Assembly (NCBI RefSeq): GCF_009834535.1
Contig: NC_045697.1
Span: 79,672,001-79,736,000, forward strand
DNA length: 64,000 nucleotides
DNA from: Camelus ferus
Lineage: Eukaryota
Direction: 5' to 3'
Positions 1-12,830 of the stretch are shown piece by piece. Below the pieces are notes generated by a model. The model did not search any database and had not been told where the DNA came from. It was given only the letters and a program-made list of their open reading frames with translations. Every line of letters starts with the position of its first letter. The first letter of the stretch is position 1. The translations under genes and the position numbers were made by a program.

Positions 1-96
1 TGGAACCCAGGCCTGATTTAATGACAAAACCTACAATCATTATAACTTCATAGGAACATATGTGAGGGAGTATAGTTTGCAAAATACAATAATTTG

Positions 97-822
97 GGTT
101 TTTTCCTTTTTTAATTTCATTTAAAAAATTTTTTTAATTGAAGCATATTCAGTTACAATGTGTCAATCTCTGGTGTACAACATAATGTCCTAGTCATACA
201 TATACATACATATATTCATTTTCATATTCTTTTTCATTAAAGGTTATCGCAAGATATTGAATATAGTTCCTTGTGCTATACAAAAGAAATTTGTTTTTAT
301 CTATTTTTATATATAGTAATTAATATTTGCAAATCTCGAACTCCAAATTTATCTCTTCTCACCCCCTTACCCCTTGGTTACCATAAGATTGTTTACTATG
401 TCTGCGAGTCTGTTTCTGTTTTATAGGTGAGTTCATTAGTATCTTCTTTTTTCTTTTTTTAGATTTCGCATATGAGTGATATCCTGTGGCATTTTTCTTT
501 CTCTTTCTGGCTTACTTCACTTAGAATGACCATCTCCAGGTCCATCCATGATGCAGCAAATGGCATTATTTTATTCATTTTTATGGCTGAGTAGTATTCC
601 ATTGTATAAACATATCACAATTTCTTTATCCAGTCATCTATTGATGGACATTTAGGTTGTTTCCATGTTTTAGCTATTGTATATAGTGCTGCTATGAACA
701 CTGGGGTGCATATATGTTTTCGAATTTGAGTTCCCTCTGGATATATCCCTGGGAGTGGGATTGCTGTATCATATGGTAAGTCTATTTTTAGTTTTTTGAG
801 GAATCTCCATTCTGTTTTCCAT
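97..822 (-). mobile_element. 5'-truncated L1 (LINE-1) 3' end with target-site duplication
   Basis: T-rich tail at the left end, followed by L1 3'UTR/ORF2-end motifs (ggacatttaggttgtttccatg, gggagtgggattgctg). 17-bp perfect TSD caaaatacaataatttg at 80-96 and 823-839. Confidence 0.93.
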
Positions 823-3683
823 CAAAATACAATAATTTGAATTATTTGTGCTGTTGTTCCCAAAGGATTCTGCAGGGCATAAATTGATGACACTATTTAC
901 ATTCTGTCTCAAAATCTCTTAATCTGAAGATTATGCCACATTCTAACAAATAAAATAAAAAAGCGTGACAGTAATACTAATGATATTCTCTGCTATCTTC
1001 TTAGTGCTTTGCATTTTAGATTTATGTTGTTTGGCATGCTAATAGAATTATTGGTTTTGGATTACAAATTGGTTTTTTGTGTCCTTTAATTTTTTTATTT
1101 TCAATATTCATGCTGATTACTTTCTGTTTTTGAAAAATTGTTACAGTTTTTCCATGGCAGTTTATTTTCCTATGTTCCTACCTGTTGTTTACTTGGCTAT
1201 TATTTATTTGGCTACTTCTGGGACTGGGATTAGTGTTTGCTTATCATCATTTCTGCATCATTATTTAAGTCTATTATACTGCTAATCAGGGGTGGCAGTA
1301 TCCTCTGCTTTAATTGACTTCCCCATTACTTAAGCTTGCTATTGAATTTCTATTTTCTTCTACTTTGTATTTAATAAATATTTATCATTTTCTACACGCA
1401 AAGACTTTTTGGATTGACTAAAGTGGAACTTTTCTTAGCTTACGAGACATTTATTAGTATACTGGGATATGCATATTAGGAATGTCCTCTGGCCTTAGTT
1501 CCATATTGAAAATTGGCAGATACATCTTCTAGAGTAAATGAATTTATAGGTGACAGTGAAGACTTGTAGCAGCTCTACAGAACTGTAGTTTATAATTCCA
1601 TTAGCTTTAGTCAGGTTACATTTCTTTATCACAGATATTTTTCTTTATAAGTATTAAATATGCTTTTAAAAAAACAAATGATATTTTTAAATAAATAGAA
1701 CACTTAACATTAGCTCACTCATTGGCATTAACGTTGGTTGAAATCCAACCTTTCAGGTGAGGAAATAAAACAATTAGTTTATTTTATGAAAGCCAATAAA
1801 ATAATTAATGTAACTAATTTTAATATATAGTGAATTATTTTTAATGCACCTAAATCCTAACAATTTGAGATGCATACAGCTTTTAATATCTTTTTATTTT
1901 TCCTAAGACAAATGAAATAGGCGTATTACAAGATAGAATTCTCTTAGCACAAAATAACAAGCAGAAAATTAATAAACCAGCATTTTGTTCATACTTCTGT
2001 AATAGGGAATAATCCTTTGTTTGCTTTAATCATATTAAATGTCTTGCTAAGGCTTGCAAATGTAGCTAAGTGCAGCCAAACTAAAGTTCTAGTTAGGAAA
2101 TGCAAAACTGAACTTTAAATGCACTAAAATGTCTGCCAGTAATGAAAATTGAACATCATAATGAAAAAATTATTTGTCTAGATAAGAATAAATATCATTT
2201 TAGTTAATGATGCTGTCAGTATGCCTATAGTTTTTCCTTATGCAGATATTAATATAATTTATTATACTTTAGAGGGGAATAATAAAATTATAGAATTTTA
2301 TGTCTACTGGAAAGGACTCTTACAGACCATTCAGTCCAGTGATCTTACTTTAAGTGCTATGGAAGTGAAGGTTCTCCACCTGGCTGGTTAGTGGCAAAGC
2401 TAGGTTTAGAACTCACATCTCCCACTTCCAAGCCCAGAATGTTGTTCCTCACACAATGCTACCTCTGATTATGGTATACAATACCCACTAAATCTTTTAT
2501 ATGACCCAAAGTAAATCTGCATTCCTAATATTGAGGAGATTCAGCTCATTTTTCTTTTCACGAATATTTATAAAATACATTCTGTGCAGGCAGCAACTCC
2601 TGAGATGGTGTCAGGTATGAGGCATGGTCTTATGACATCTGAATGGGAACTGTCGATATAAATATTCCCCTTCCCACAGCCAAGCACAATGTGTTTCTCT
2701 ATCAAAAAGCAATTAGCTAAACTTTTTAGAAACAATGAATAGCACATATATGTAAATTTTAAAAATGTACAGTGGAAAAAATTTTTAATCCAAAAAAAGA
2801 AAAGAAAAGCAATTAGCTAAGAAATAATAAATGTCTCCAGAATATCAGACACATGACAATGGATAGAGAATGTAATGCTAAAGAGACAAGATATATTTTT
2901 ATGAAGATCTGTGCTTTTAAAATCTGAACAAAATAAAACAATCTTCAAGGATTTTTGATTACTAAAAATTATATATATTATTTTCAACTATGAATAACAA
3001 TTTCGGCATTGAAATCTTAAATTCTCTTGGCTTTTTAGAAGGATTTACCACATTGTTATAAATAACGTGCAGACTGGCAAAGAGAAGCCATTTATTTGCT
3101 TAAGTTCCTCGTAGATACAGTGTGTGTAGATTTTTATACTGCCACCAAATATGGTCTGTTCTGTTCTTATTTAATTGAATTGTCATGTTTACTCTGTAGA
3201 CTTGCTTTAATTCTGGCTACACCTTATTGCACACACATACTTAAGAATCAAGAATTCTCCTTTCCACCCTCCTTCCCTTTCTGCTTGATATTGCCTTAAA
3301 CGCTAAATATAAAATTGTTAAATTTTACATTTAAAATCCAACCTTAAATCGAAACTTTGGCTTCTATAGCTCAGGTATATCTCGTTAAGAAACATTCAGA
3401 GACTCTTATTTATTTAAATTCATCATGTTATCTGAGTGTTTTTAATGGTGACTAGTCCAAATGAATAATTCTAAGTATATTTTCTCATGAGAAAATTTTC
3501 TGCATTAGGTTTTCTTTCAATCTTTTTATAGTCGCTATTATATACTCTGATACAGAGTTAAGTAAAGATATTTTGAGAAATATGAAATACCATTTCTCTA
3601 GTTTTTATCAGGTTTTTAAGAGTGAATTTAAATACAGTTCCACGTTTTTGCATCTTCCTCTATTTGTTCCTGTATTTAAGTTT

Positions 3684-3697
3684 GTTACCACGGCAAC
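3684..3697. promoter_or_regulatory. RFX X-box motif
   Basis: GTTACC-AC-GGCAAC fits the X-box consensus GTNRCC-N0-3-RGYAAC and retains a CpG. Motif match only. Confidence 0.4.
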
Positions 3698-3832
3698 TTA
3701 GAAAAATTTATTACTTGTTCCTTTCAGAATGTCAAACAGCATGATCTCCTGTGTATAGTGGTTATAACTCACAGCAATTCAGCTCTCATTCATTTGTCCT
3801 TGAATACACCTGCCTGGGGACCATCATCTGAC

Positions 3833-4010
3833 AGGCAGCAGAGGGAACAGAACTCTGGTCTGGAAGTCAGAAGACTGGGATTGCTACTTCCAGCCCCCAG
3901 TGGTGCTCAATCTTGTGGCCTTGAACACCTAACCAACATCTTTGGGCCTCAGTTTCCTGAGTTGTTAAATGAAGACATAGGACTGGATGGTTTTTAAGGT
4001 TCTTGTAGTT
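3833..4010 (+). mobile_element. MIR SINE (ancient)
   Basis: MIR-like 5' part gaagtcagaagactggg, core tgggcctcagtttcct, and a MIR3/MIRc-like tail (ggactggatggtttttaaggttc). Boundaries approximate. Confidence 0.7.
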
Positions 4011-4510
4011 CAATTATTGTTAATTAATGAAGTTGTAGGGCTGCTCTAAATGATCTTGGGAGTGCCTCAATATACTAATCTCTAGAACCCTCGATTCCCT
4101 TTAAACTGGACAGTTAGAGAGGGAAGGCTGGTTCTTACCTTTGCAATTTTTCAGGAGAGTAAGCAATTTTTGGGTAGATCTCTATTGGGTTGCACTTGAG
4201 TTATCCATCTACTGACCTGTAATTTTCTTGAGTGGTTGGTCTTTCAATCCTCTTTTTCATGGAGTCCAAGGGTTCTACGTCTGCTCAGTATGCCACATTC
4301 AGTACTGCGATCAGGTTCTTTATTATCCCTGTGAGCCATAAAGTGATAGAATAGTTGACAAAGAATATTCCCCAACTGTGAAATCTTTCTCAACTGACTT
4401 AGCCCAATCAGGATTTATGTTGGCAAACTTTGAACTTTAGTAATGTTCTCAAATACTGCTCTGTGTAAACTGATACAAAGAAGCAAAAGAGGACTTGAAT
4501 TAAGGACATT

Positions 4511-5602
4511 TGAGTAGGAGCAACTCACTTCTCTGTGTCTCCCCTTTACTACTCACCCAGAACACTTCACCTGATACTTCTGGACACCAAATTTGTGACC
4601 TCCTCCCACCCCTCGCCCCAAGCAGGGTGTTCTACAATTTTTTTTTAAGTTTTTTTCTTTTTTCTTTTTTCTCTGGGGAGAGGGTTAATTTGGTTTATTT
4701 ATTTATTCATTTATTTATATTTATTTACTTTTAACAGAGGTACTGGGAATTGAACCCAGGACCTCGTACATGGTAAGCATACACTATACCACTGAGATAT
4801 ACCCCCCAACCCCCCAAGTGTCCTACAATTTAACTCAGTTTTGACAATATTTATCTGGAGATAATGTCAGATCCCACACATTAAGGGCTCAAGACTGCCT
4901 CCACCCTTCTGATGTCAATGGCAAGCCCAGGTTGTTACTGGTGTTTCTGACCGGCAAACTATAAGTTGGAGGTTCCCATGACTCCCTCTTCTGCATTCTA
5001 TTAATTTGCTAGGCGGGCCCATAGAACCTGGAAAACAGTTTACTTACTGTTTCCTGGTTTGTTACAAAAGAATATGATAAAGAATACAGATGAACATCCA
5101 GATGGAAGAGATGCATAGGGCAAGATATGTGGGAAGGGGAGACGAGTTTCTATCTTCTCTCCTAGCGTGCTACTCTCTCAGCATCTCCATGTGTTCACCC
5201 TCCCCGAGGCTCTCCAAACCCACTACTTCTGGGATTTTTTTGGCAATTTCATCAAGTAGTATGATTCATCATTAACTCCATTTCCAGTCCCTCTCCCTTC
5301 CCTGGAGAATTGGGAATGAGGCTGAAAATAATAAGTTTCTAATTAAGGCTTTATCTTTCTGGTGACCAGCCCCCATCCAGGATCCCACTAAGAATCACCT
5401 CATTAGAACAAAAGGCACTGAGATCACACAGGAAACTCCAGCTCTATGTCAGGAACCGGGCTCAAAGATCAAATATTGAAACAGAAGATGCTCCTAGTAC
5501 TCTTACTATTTACATGAGTTTTAGGAGCTCTGTGCCAGGAACCAGTGGCAGAAACAGATATATATATATATATATATATTTTTTTTTTCCTATTATCTCA
5601 CA
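4511..5602 (-). mobile_element. MER21-like solo LTR, interrupted by a SINE
   Basis: The reverse complement of the right end (tgtgagataat...ggttcctggcacagagctcctaaaac) resembles the MER21 LTR start. TG...CA termini. Confidence 0.7.
4641..4817 (-). mobile_element. tRNA-derived SINE (camelid Vic-1-like)
   Basis: On the - strand: ggtatatctcagtggtatag (A box), gggttcaattcccagtacc (B box), then an A-rich tail. 14-bp TSD gtgtYctacaattt at 4627-4640 and 4818-4831. Confidence 0.9.
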
Positions 5603-5940
5603 ACACTAAAGTGCACATTGAATAATGTAGTTTTGCTTAGGGTTACTTGAGATAGTTGCAAAGATGACTCAGCCTGTGTCACAGAGTCAGAAATGGGGTG
5701 GGTCACTTATTTTGCGCAGATTTCACAAAGAGTTTACTTAGAGTATCAAAAAGAAGATCTTGAAGTTTGATGCTGACTTAATACACTATCAATTCAGACA
5801 GTTCAATATCAATGTTGCATTTTAATCAGGTATAGCCAAACCCTAGAAAAAAAGCTATAATTAAAAATAGCTATCTAATATTCATTGTCACTGACACCAA
5901 CCTATCAAAACTCAAAATGTGGTAGCAAAGGGAACAGAGT

Positions 5941-6238
5941 GGTTTTTTTTTTGGATATATGTATTTTTATTGAAATCAGTTTACAATGTTGTGTCAGTTT
6001 CTGGTGTACAGCATAATGCTTCAGACTTACATGAACATACATATATTCGTTTTCATATTCTTTTTCACCATAGGTTACTACAAGATATTGAATATAGTTC
6101 CCTGTGCTATACAGTATGAACTTGCTGTTTATCTACTTTATATATATTATTTAGTATCTGCAAATCTCAAACTCGCAATTTATCCCTTCCCACCCCCTTC
6201 CCCTCCTGGTAACTGGAAGTTTGTTTTCTATGTCTGTG
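5941..6238 (-). mobile_element. Short L1 3'UTR fragment
   Basis: Same 3'UTR type as 97-822 (acatacatatattcgttttcatattc, caagatattgaatatagttccctgtgctatacag). Imperfect TSD agggaacagagt / agggaaacagcgt. Confidence 0.88.
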
Positions 6239-6812
6239 AGGGAAACAGCGTTCTTATTTTGGGCTGTCTCCTCTTTTTCTAGTATAAGTTGTTTTTAACA
6301 TTCCTTTAAAAAAGGAAAAAACAGTCTCATGTAATGCTACAATTATTTTTCTAACTACAAAGCAAATAATATCTTAAATGTATTATTAGAAAGACATAGA
6401 TTTAAATGTCACAAGCTATGTACTTCCAAAACAGAGGTGCAGTTTCATTTATCAGTATAAGCTAGTGGACATGTTATTCTATTTTTAACAGTTTTGTATT
6501 TTGGCATTTAATAGCACTGGATTCAAAGCCATCTCACTTAACACGTAGCACTAAACTAGACATCAGTGAAATTTTATTTATTTATATTCCAACACTTTAA
6601 ATAATTGCTGTAGAAGATAGCAAAGAGTTTTTTTAAATGTCTTTAATATTGTTGCTTCTTTGCCTTTCCAAATAAAATGCTAAAACAATTGCTCTAGTTG
6701 GAAATGTGTGTTGTGGGTCCTTAAATCACTAACTAAAATGTTAAACTCTGTAGTATGAAATTACTTTTGGAATGAGGCTGATTATTAAGCGGATTGTTGC
6801 TATATATATATA

Positions 6813-7479
6813 TTTTTTTTTTTTTGACTGAACAGATCTTGCCTCAGGTTTATTTGTACAAACAGCACAGGTAGATATGAGCCCCATGCAGACAGCAGCC
6901 CAGGGGTCATACTAGTCCTTCTATCCTCACATCAGTAGATGAAAGCCTCTACTCTGGAGACTTTGTAGGGGCCTGGGTGCCTTTGGGAGCCTGAGCTGGA
7001 GCCAGAGCCAGAGCTGGAACTGCAGCTGAAGCCGTGGCCTTGGTCTGAGTCTTGTCCTTGTCCTTTGGCCGACAGAGCCTGAGACCCTTGGTGATGCGGG
7101 CAGGAGCACGTTCACTGAGCTTGGGGTGAGCAATGTAGGCAAGTCGACTGAGCCTGCGGCTGCTGTCCTCTGGGATCTTGGGCTTGACCTCCTTGGGCTT
7201 TACGAGAGCCCTGACAGCCTCAGCACGTGCACTCGTGGCCTTGGCGTTGCTGGCCTGCATCTTCTTCAGGCCCTTCTTGTACTTCTTGGCAAAGTGCATG
7301 TTCTTCAGGAACTTGGGGTCCACCCCCTTACAAGATTCGTATCGTTGTGATCAGGGTTTTTTTGATGCTGTTTCTGTGCCATTTTCAGGACTGGTTGTGT
7401 GTGGTGTGATTCTTCTACATGGCTGTGTCTGCACTGGAGCCAGGAGATCCTGAATCGCCTGGGACCGGAAGAGAAAGAG
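6813..7479 (-). pseudogene. RPL29: Processed pseudogene of 60S ribosomal protein L29 (eL29)
   Basis: The - strand encodes KNHTTHNQS*KWHRN...[20 protein letters not shown]...[10 protein letters not shown]...LAYIAHPKL, without introns. 5' TOP tract ctctttctcttcc from 7479; ATG at 7420-7418 immediately followed by TAG; two further TGA stops and a +1 frameshift in an A run; stop at 6949-6951; AATAAA at 6849-6854; poly(A) 6813-6825; TSD tgttgctatat at 6795-6805 and 7480-7490. Confidence 0.96.
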
Positions 7480-8069
7480 TGTTGCTATATTGTTTTAAAT
7501 GAGCATCGGGCCAATAAAACCCAACAATAGCAAGCTCCAGTAACACATGAAGTTGGGGGAAAATAACAGGAACAAGATATTTTTGAGAAGAAAACAAGAC
7601 CATCTTTTGCAAATACGAATTAGATATTAAGTAAAAAAAAAAGTTCATGACTGCTCTAAAATTAGAATGTTTAAACACTCCAAAGGGCCAAGCGCTGAAA
7701 TTTGAACAAAATGGAACCAAAATATTAATATTAAGTAATCTCTTGAGTACAACTGTAAAAAAAAAGAATTGGTCACTTTTGTTATGTTGTTAAGATATTT
7801 TAGATATTGGAATAGAGAGGGATGAAGAATTTGGAAAGGAATATAATGAAACGCCCAAATTCTTGGAATTTGGTTCAAACCAAAAGGAAATGATCTCTGA
7901 AATTCAGGACGGATTTAAAAATAATGATTCTTCCAGTTGTGAAACACTTTAGTCACACCTCTCTTTTAACGACCCCAAAGATAATTCGATAAATCCTGGT
8001 GTAAAAAACAAAAGGATGGTAAGTTAAAATGATTTTTCATATTTAATTATTTATTTTAAAAAATCTTTT

Positions 8070-8992
8070 TCCCATTTTACTGAGAAATAAATACATCACT
8101 GTGTAAATTTAAGTCATACAGTATAATGGTTTGATTTACATGTATTGTGAAATGATTACCACAATAGGTTCAACTAAAATCCAAATTCTCATATAGATAC
8201 AATAAAAAGAAAATAAAGAAGAAAAAAGGAATAAAACTCTCCTTGTATGATAAGAGCTCTTATAATTTGCTTTCTCAGTAATTTTCCTATATGACATTCA
8301 GCAGTATTAGCTATAGTCATCATGTTGTATATTATATCCCTAGTACTTGTTTATTTTGTAACTGGAAGTTTCTATCTTTTGACCACCTTCCTCCAATTCC
8401 TCCTCCCCACACCCTCCACGTCCGGTATCCAGAAATCTAATCTCTTTTTCTATGAGGTTTTTTTTTTTTTTTTAATAATTCCACATATGAAAGAGATCAT
8501 ACAGTATTTGACTTTCTCAGTCAATTTATTTCACTTAGCATAGTGCCTTCAAGGTCCATCTGTCTTGTCACAAATCCTCATTTTTTATGGTTGAATAATA
8601 TTTCATTGTATATATTTATACCACAACTGCTTTATTCATTCATCCATTGATGGACACTTAGGTTGTTTCCATGTCTTGGCTATTGTAAATAATGCTACAG
8701 TGAACAAAAGTGTGCAGATACCTTTTAGAGTTAGTGTTTTTGTTTCCTTTGGTTATATTCGCGGAAGTGGGGCAGAAGTGGGATTGCAGGATCATAGATA
8801 GTTCTATTTTTAATTTTTGGAGTATCCTCCTTTCTGTTTTCCATAGTGGCTGCATCAATTTACATTCCCACCAACAGTGTACAACCATTCCCTTTTCTCT
8901 GCATCCACACCAGCATTTGTTGTCTCTTATCTTTTTGATGATAACCATTCTAACAGGCATGAAGTAATATCTCATTATGCTTTTAATTTGTC
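8070..8992 (-). mobile_element. L1 3' fragment (ORF2 C-terminus and 3'UTR)
   Basis: ORF 8658-9002(-) MRYYFMPVRMVIIKKIRDNKCWCGCREKG..HCWWECKLMQPLWK matches the L1 ORF2 cysteine-rich C-terminus. Confidence 0.92.
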
Positions 8993-9159
8993 TAAAAATC
9001 ATTTTGAAAAGTATATACTGACATTTTAAAACTAAGGGCTTTTTAGATTTCTTGAAACATCTCCAGAATATTCAAGTGGTTTGTCTATGGATAACACTTC
9101 ATCTTAGACAGCTAGTGCATAATATGAATATTATTTGGTGAGAAAACAGCTTTTTAAAA

Positions 9160-9420
9160 GCTGATTTACAATTATTATAATGACTCCAAATGGAAAATTA
9201 TCTAAGTATTTAATAATAAGGAAATTGTTAAATAAATTATGGTTTATCCATGAAATGGAATATTTTGTAGCCATTCTAAAAGTAGTTTTTAAAAGAAATT
9301 TTAATGACGTGAAAAATACTATTTATTAATTTAAAAATTCAGGGTGAAAAAATGCATGCAGTATGCTCTCAAGTATATTACCCATATGCATAGAAACATA
9401 CAACAGAAATACATATATGT
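9160..9420 (+). mobile_element. Old L1M (L1MC/ME-like) 3' fragment
   Basis: Degenerate motif aaataaattatggtttatccatgaaatggaatattttgtagccatt. Boundaries approximate. Confidence 0.6.
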
Positions 9421-10973
9421 CAATAGTAGTTTTATTAGATACTTCTCATTTTTCTTCAATTTTTTTGTTAATTTCATTTTTTTTTACAGTGAACCTTTAT
9501 TACCTTTTATACTTAGAAACTATATATTTTTTTAAGCTTACTGAGTCCAAATATTATTGCAAACTACAGTGGTCGAAAATAATTATTATCAATTGCATAT
9601 GTTAAAAGTTAGTTTTTTTTTTTTCCTGAAACATGTTGGGGAAAAAGCAACAATGAATGCAAAAATACCTTTGTTATTCTGAAACTGGGACCGGCTGCTT
9701 CAGTTCACCTCTCAAGATTAGCAGTCACTGTCTTAGAAGAGTAACATTCGTGTTTTCCATCTGCCATGGAAAGTTGTATGACATTTTTAGAAATGTGTAT
9801 ATTTTTATCATATTAATACAGGAGATACACCTGCCTAATGTAGATCCCATTGCCTATACGAATTATGTCCTGAAAGAAAAATGTCACATGATTGTAAGAA
9901 AATAATAGCTTAAATCTGGCAAATCCCCACAAAGAGGAACCTCGCATAGTCCTCCTAATACCCAATGATAGTGATAGTAAGTACCTCAAAGGAATTTTTA
10001 ATTAATAAAATCCAATGGTGCAAGTATACTATAAACATTTTGAGGCTACTTGAAGTGGTGTAAACTTAAGAACTTTGAGAGGTTATTCAGAAGAGTTAGC
10101 TGGTACAGACTGTAATAATTTAAGTTATAGAGCATGAAATAAGTTTCTTTCCTGGACTTCACTGGTAATCAATCCATTCTTCCACAGTTAAATGAAACTA
10201 TGGGCAGGTAAAGGAGAAAGTTTGTAGTGATCTTGAAAAGAAAATATAGTGATACTTTGCTTTTAATAGAATAGTTGCAAGTAAAGTCAAGCATTAGTTT
10301 GTCTTCTGGACTCCGCAGCAATTTGAGAAAATAACTTCTTTGAACCATTTCAGTCAACCAACAGCATGTCTTTCCTGTGGCTACACATCAGAATCATTTA
10401 AAAAGTTCAGAGAATTGGATTCTGTGCCTGGAGAACCTGATTCAGTAGATTTCAGTAGGGTCAGGATGACTATTTAAACAAAATAAAACAAAACAGAAAA
10501 CCTATCTAGTCATTTTGATGTGTAGCTCAAATCAAGATTGACTGGGCTGTATGTGCAAGTAAGTCATGCAGGATACGAAGAAGTAAAACGTTAGGCTGGT
10601 CCTCACATTGTTTACTCTCTGAAAGAGCTCAGAGTCTACTCTTTAAAATAGATAAAATACTTATTTTTCTAATAGAAATATCTTTTCTCCTACATGCTGA
10701 TAGTTTTTATGTCTGTTGTCTAAGGTTTTACCAGGCCAGGAATACAAGGGCAAAGAACAGGCTGATTGATTGATTTAACTACATCAGAATAAATTGTCAA
10801 AGGATCCGAAACCGGCAGAAGAGATTAATGGGTGTCTGTTCAGTGGCATTCTGGGCATTGTCTAGCAGACCTTCCAGGAATTATGTGATTTTGTAAGAGT
10901 TTGCTTATTTAATTCTCTTTTAAGACCATTTTACAACTTTGTAGAGGTAAAAGTTAATTTGTAGAAAGCTGTT

Positions 10974-11078
10974 GGGGGTTGGGTATATCTCAGTGGTAGA
11001 GCATGTGCTTAGTATGTGAGAGGTCCTGGATTCAATCCCCAGTACCTCCATAAAGAAATAAAGTTAAATATTAAAAAA
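10974..11078 (+). mobile_element. tRNA-derived SINE (Vic-1-like)
   Basis: ggtatatctcagtggtagagcatgtgcttagtatgtgagaggtcctggattcaatccccagtacctcc plus an A-rich tail. Imperfect TSD agaaagctgtt / agaaaactgat. Confidence 0.9.
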
Positions 11079-12489
11079 AGAAAACTGATAGGAATGCAAA
11101 TGATTTTTTCCATAGAAATGCTAATAAATTTTGTCCAATATGAAAACAATTAATTTGTCTTATAGAAAAGGTAATCCCAGACAAAGTATTTCATTGTCAA
11201 ATAGGATATTAACTAGTTTTGTCTATATTAGCAAATGATTTGAGCATATGGCTTGTTTAATGGTCCATGTATAAATCTGTTCTTCAGATTCTCCTTTGAA
11301 CACTTTTTAACATCTTACTGATCTTGTCATTAATTAGCAACAGCAAATCTTTGACATGTTTCAGCTAATATTTGAATGATAGGTGTGATTTTACCTTTTG
11401 GAAAATTGTGCTTTCTCAACCATAAATCCCTGCATGATTTCATTTGCCATTGGAGAGGATTTCCCACCAAGGACATTTCTATACCTGCTGCTCTTCCAGG
11501 TGGAGACTGTTTTCTCACTTATCACCACTTGCCACTTGGGCTGGAGAAGCTCTATATCCTCCTTGCCCATCACTCTATCTTTTATAAATTGAGATGATTC
11601 CTTCGCTGATATCACACAGAGAAAATGCATAAAATCATCTACGCTGGCTTTTTCTGAAAAATTTATTCTGGCAGACTTATTGACAAAAATTAACTATCCT
11701 GCAGCGTTTGATTACATCATAATCATTGTTACATCTTGTACTAAGCTATGGTCATAAACCCCATTGCATTCACTGGAGAGACATTCCTTGCTACTATAGC
11801 AACAGGGAAAATATGTCAAGTTATATATATATTGTACTTATTTCTTTGACCTGTTGTGTGGAGATGTGACTTTGCTCTTGAAACAATTCAAAGATATTCT
11901 CTCTTGCTTTCCAGACCAATAAATTTTCTCATACAAGATAATCAGAGCCAATATAAGGCTGTCTCTAGGTACTCTTCATATTTAATTAAGAAAGTCCCTG
12001 CTAGAGCCATTAGCCTATAGAGTTTATAAGCATTTTCTGATTTTCTAATTGTCTGGTACATTCATTTTGACTTAAAAAGTCAAAAAAATAAAATTAATAT
12101 GTACACTTTGGGAAATATCAGAAAAAACATTGCCATAGAATCATCTGTGACAACATATTTAATAAGTTTTAAAACAATAATTATAATTGCATTTTTAAGT
12201 CGCATAAATATAGAGGAAAGAATAATACATTGGAATTCAGAATAAAACAGTTGCTGTGTTTTTTTTTGAACCAGCGTTTGCCGTAATTGTAACTGACAGG
12301 AGGAAGTGCCTTTCATTTTCCTAAGCTGATGCAATTAGGAAATGTTTTAAATAGGAAAATACTATGTCCTCATGTCATTAGCACTTATGGTAGAAAACAC
12401 CAATGATGCTATGAGATATTTCCATAGTCAATCATAAAAATATACATTTTTCTTAAAACATCTAAGGTAGGAGTTTTTTGAATAGTAAC

Positions 12490-12830
12490 TGTTATGGACT
12501 GAATTGTGTCCTCTCCAACTCAAGTGTCGATGTCCTAAACTCCAGTACTTCAGAATGTGACTATATTTGGAGACAGATCTTTAAAGAGATAATGAAATTA
12601 AAATGAAGTCATAAATGAAGGGTAGGCCCTAGTCCAATATGACTGTTGTCTTTCTAAGAAGAGTTTAGGATACAGACACACCCAGAGGGAAAATCATTTG
12701 AAAATCCAGGGAGAAGACAACTGTCTAAAAGCCAAGGAGAGAGACTTCAGAAAAAAACAACCCTGACTACACTTGATCTTGGACTAATTGTTGAGAAAAT
12801 AAATTTCTGTTGTTTAGTACACTTAGGCTT
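12490..12830 (+). mobile_element. MaLR LTR (MLT1A/B-like)
   Basis: Starts tgttatggactgaattgtgtcc and contains cagaatgtgactatatttggaga, gccaaggagagag and aataaatttctgttgttta, as in MLT1 LTRs. Confidence 0.85.

Noticed and set aside
6949..7323. 124-aa RPL29-like ORF as a functional gene
   Set aside because: It starts at an internal GTG. The real start is followed by stops and a frameshift, and the copy is intronless with poly(A) and TSD.
7908..8017. Exon-like segment ending at ATG|gtaagt
   Set aside because: All frames from the ttcag acceptor contain stops, and the alternative acceptors are weak.
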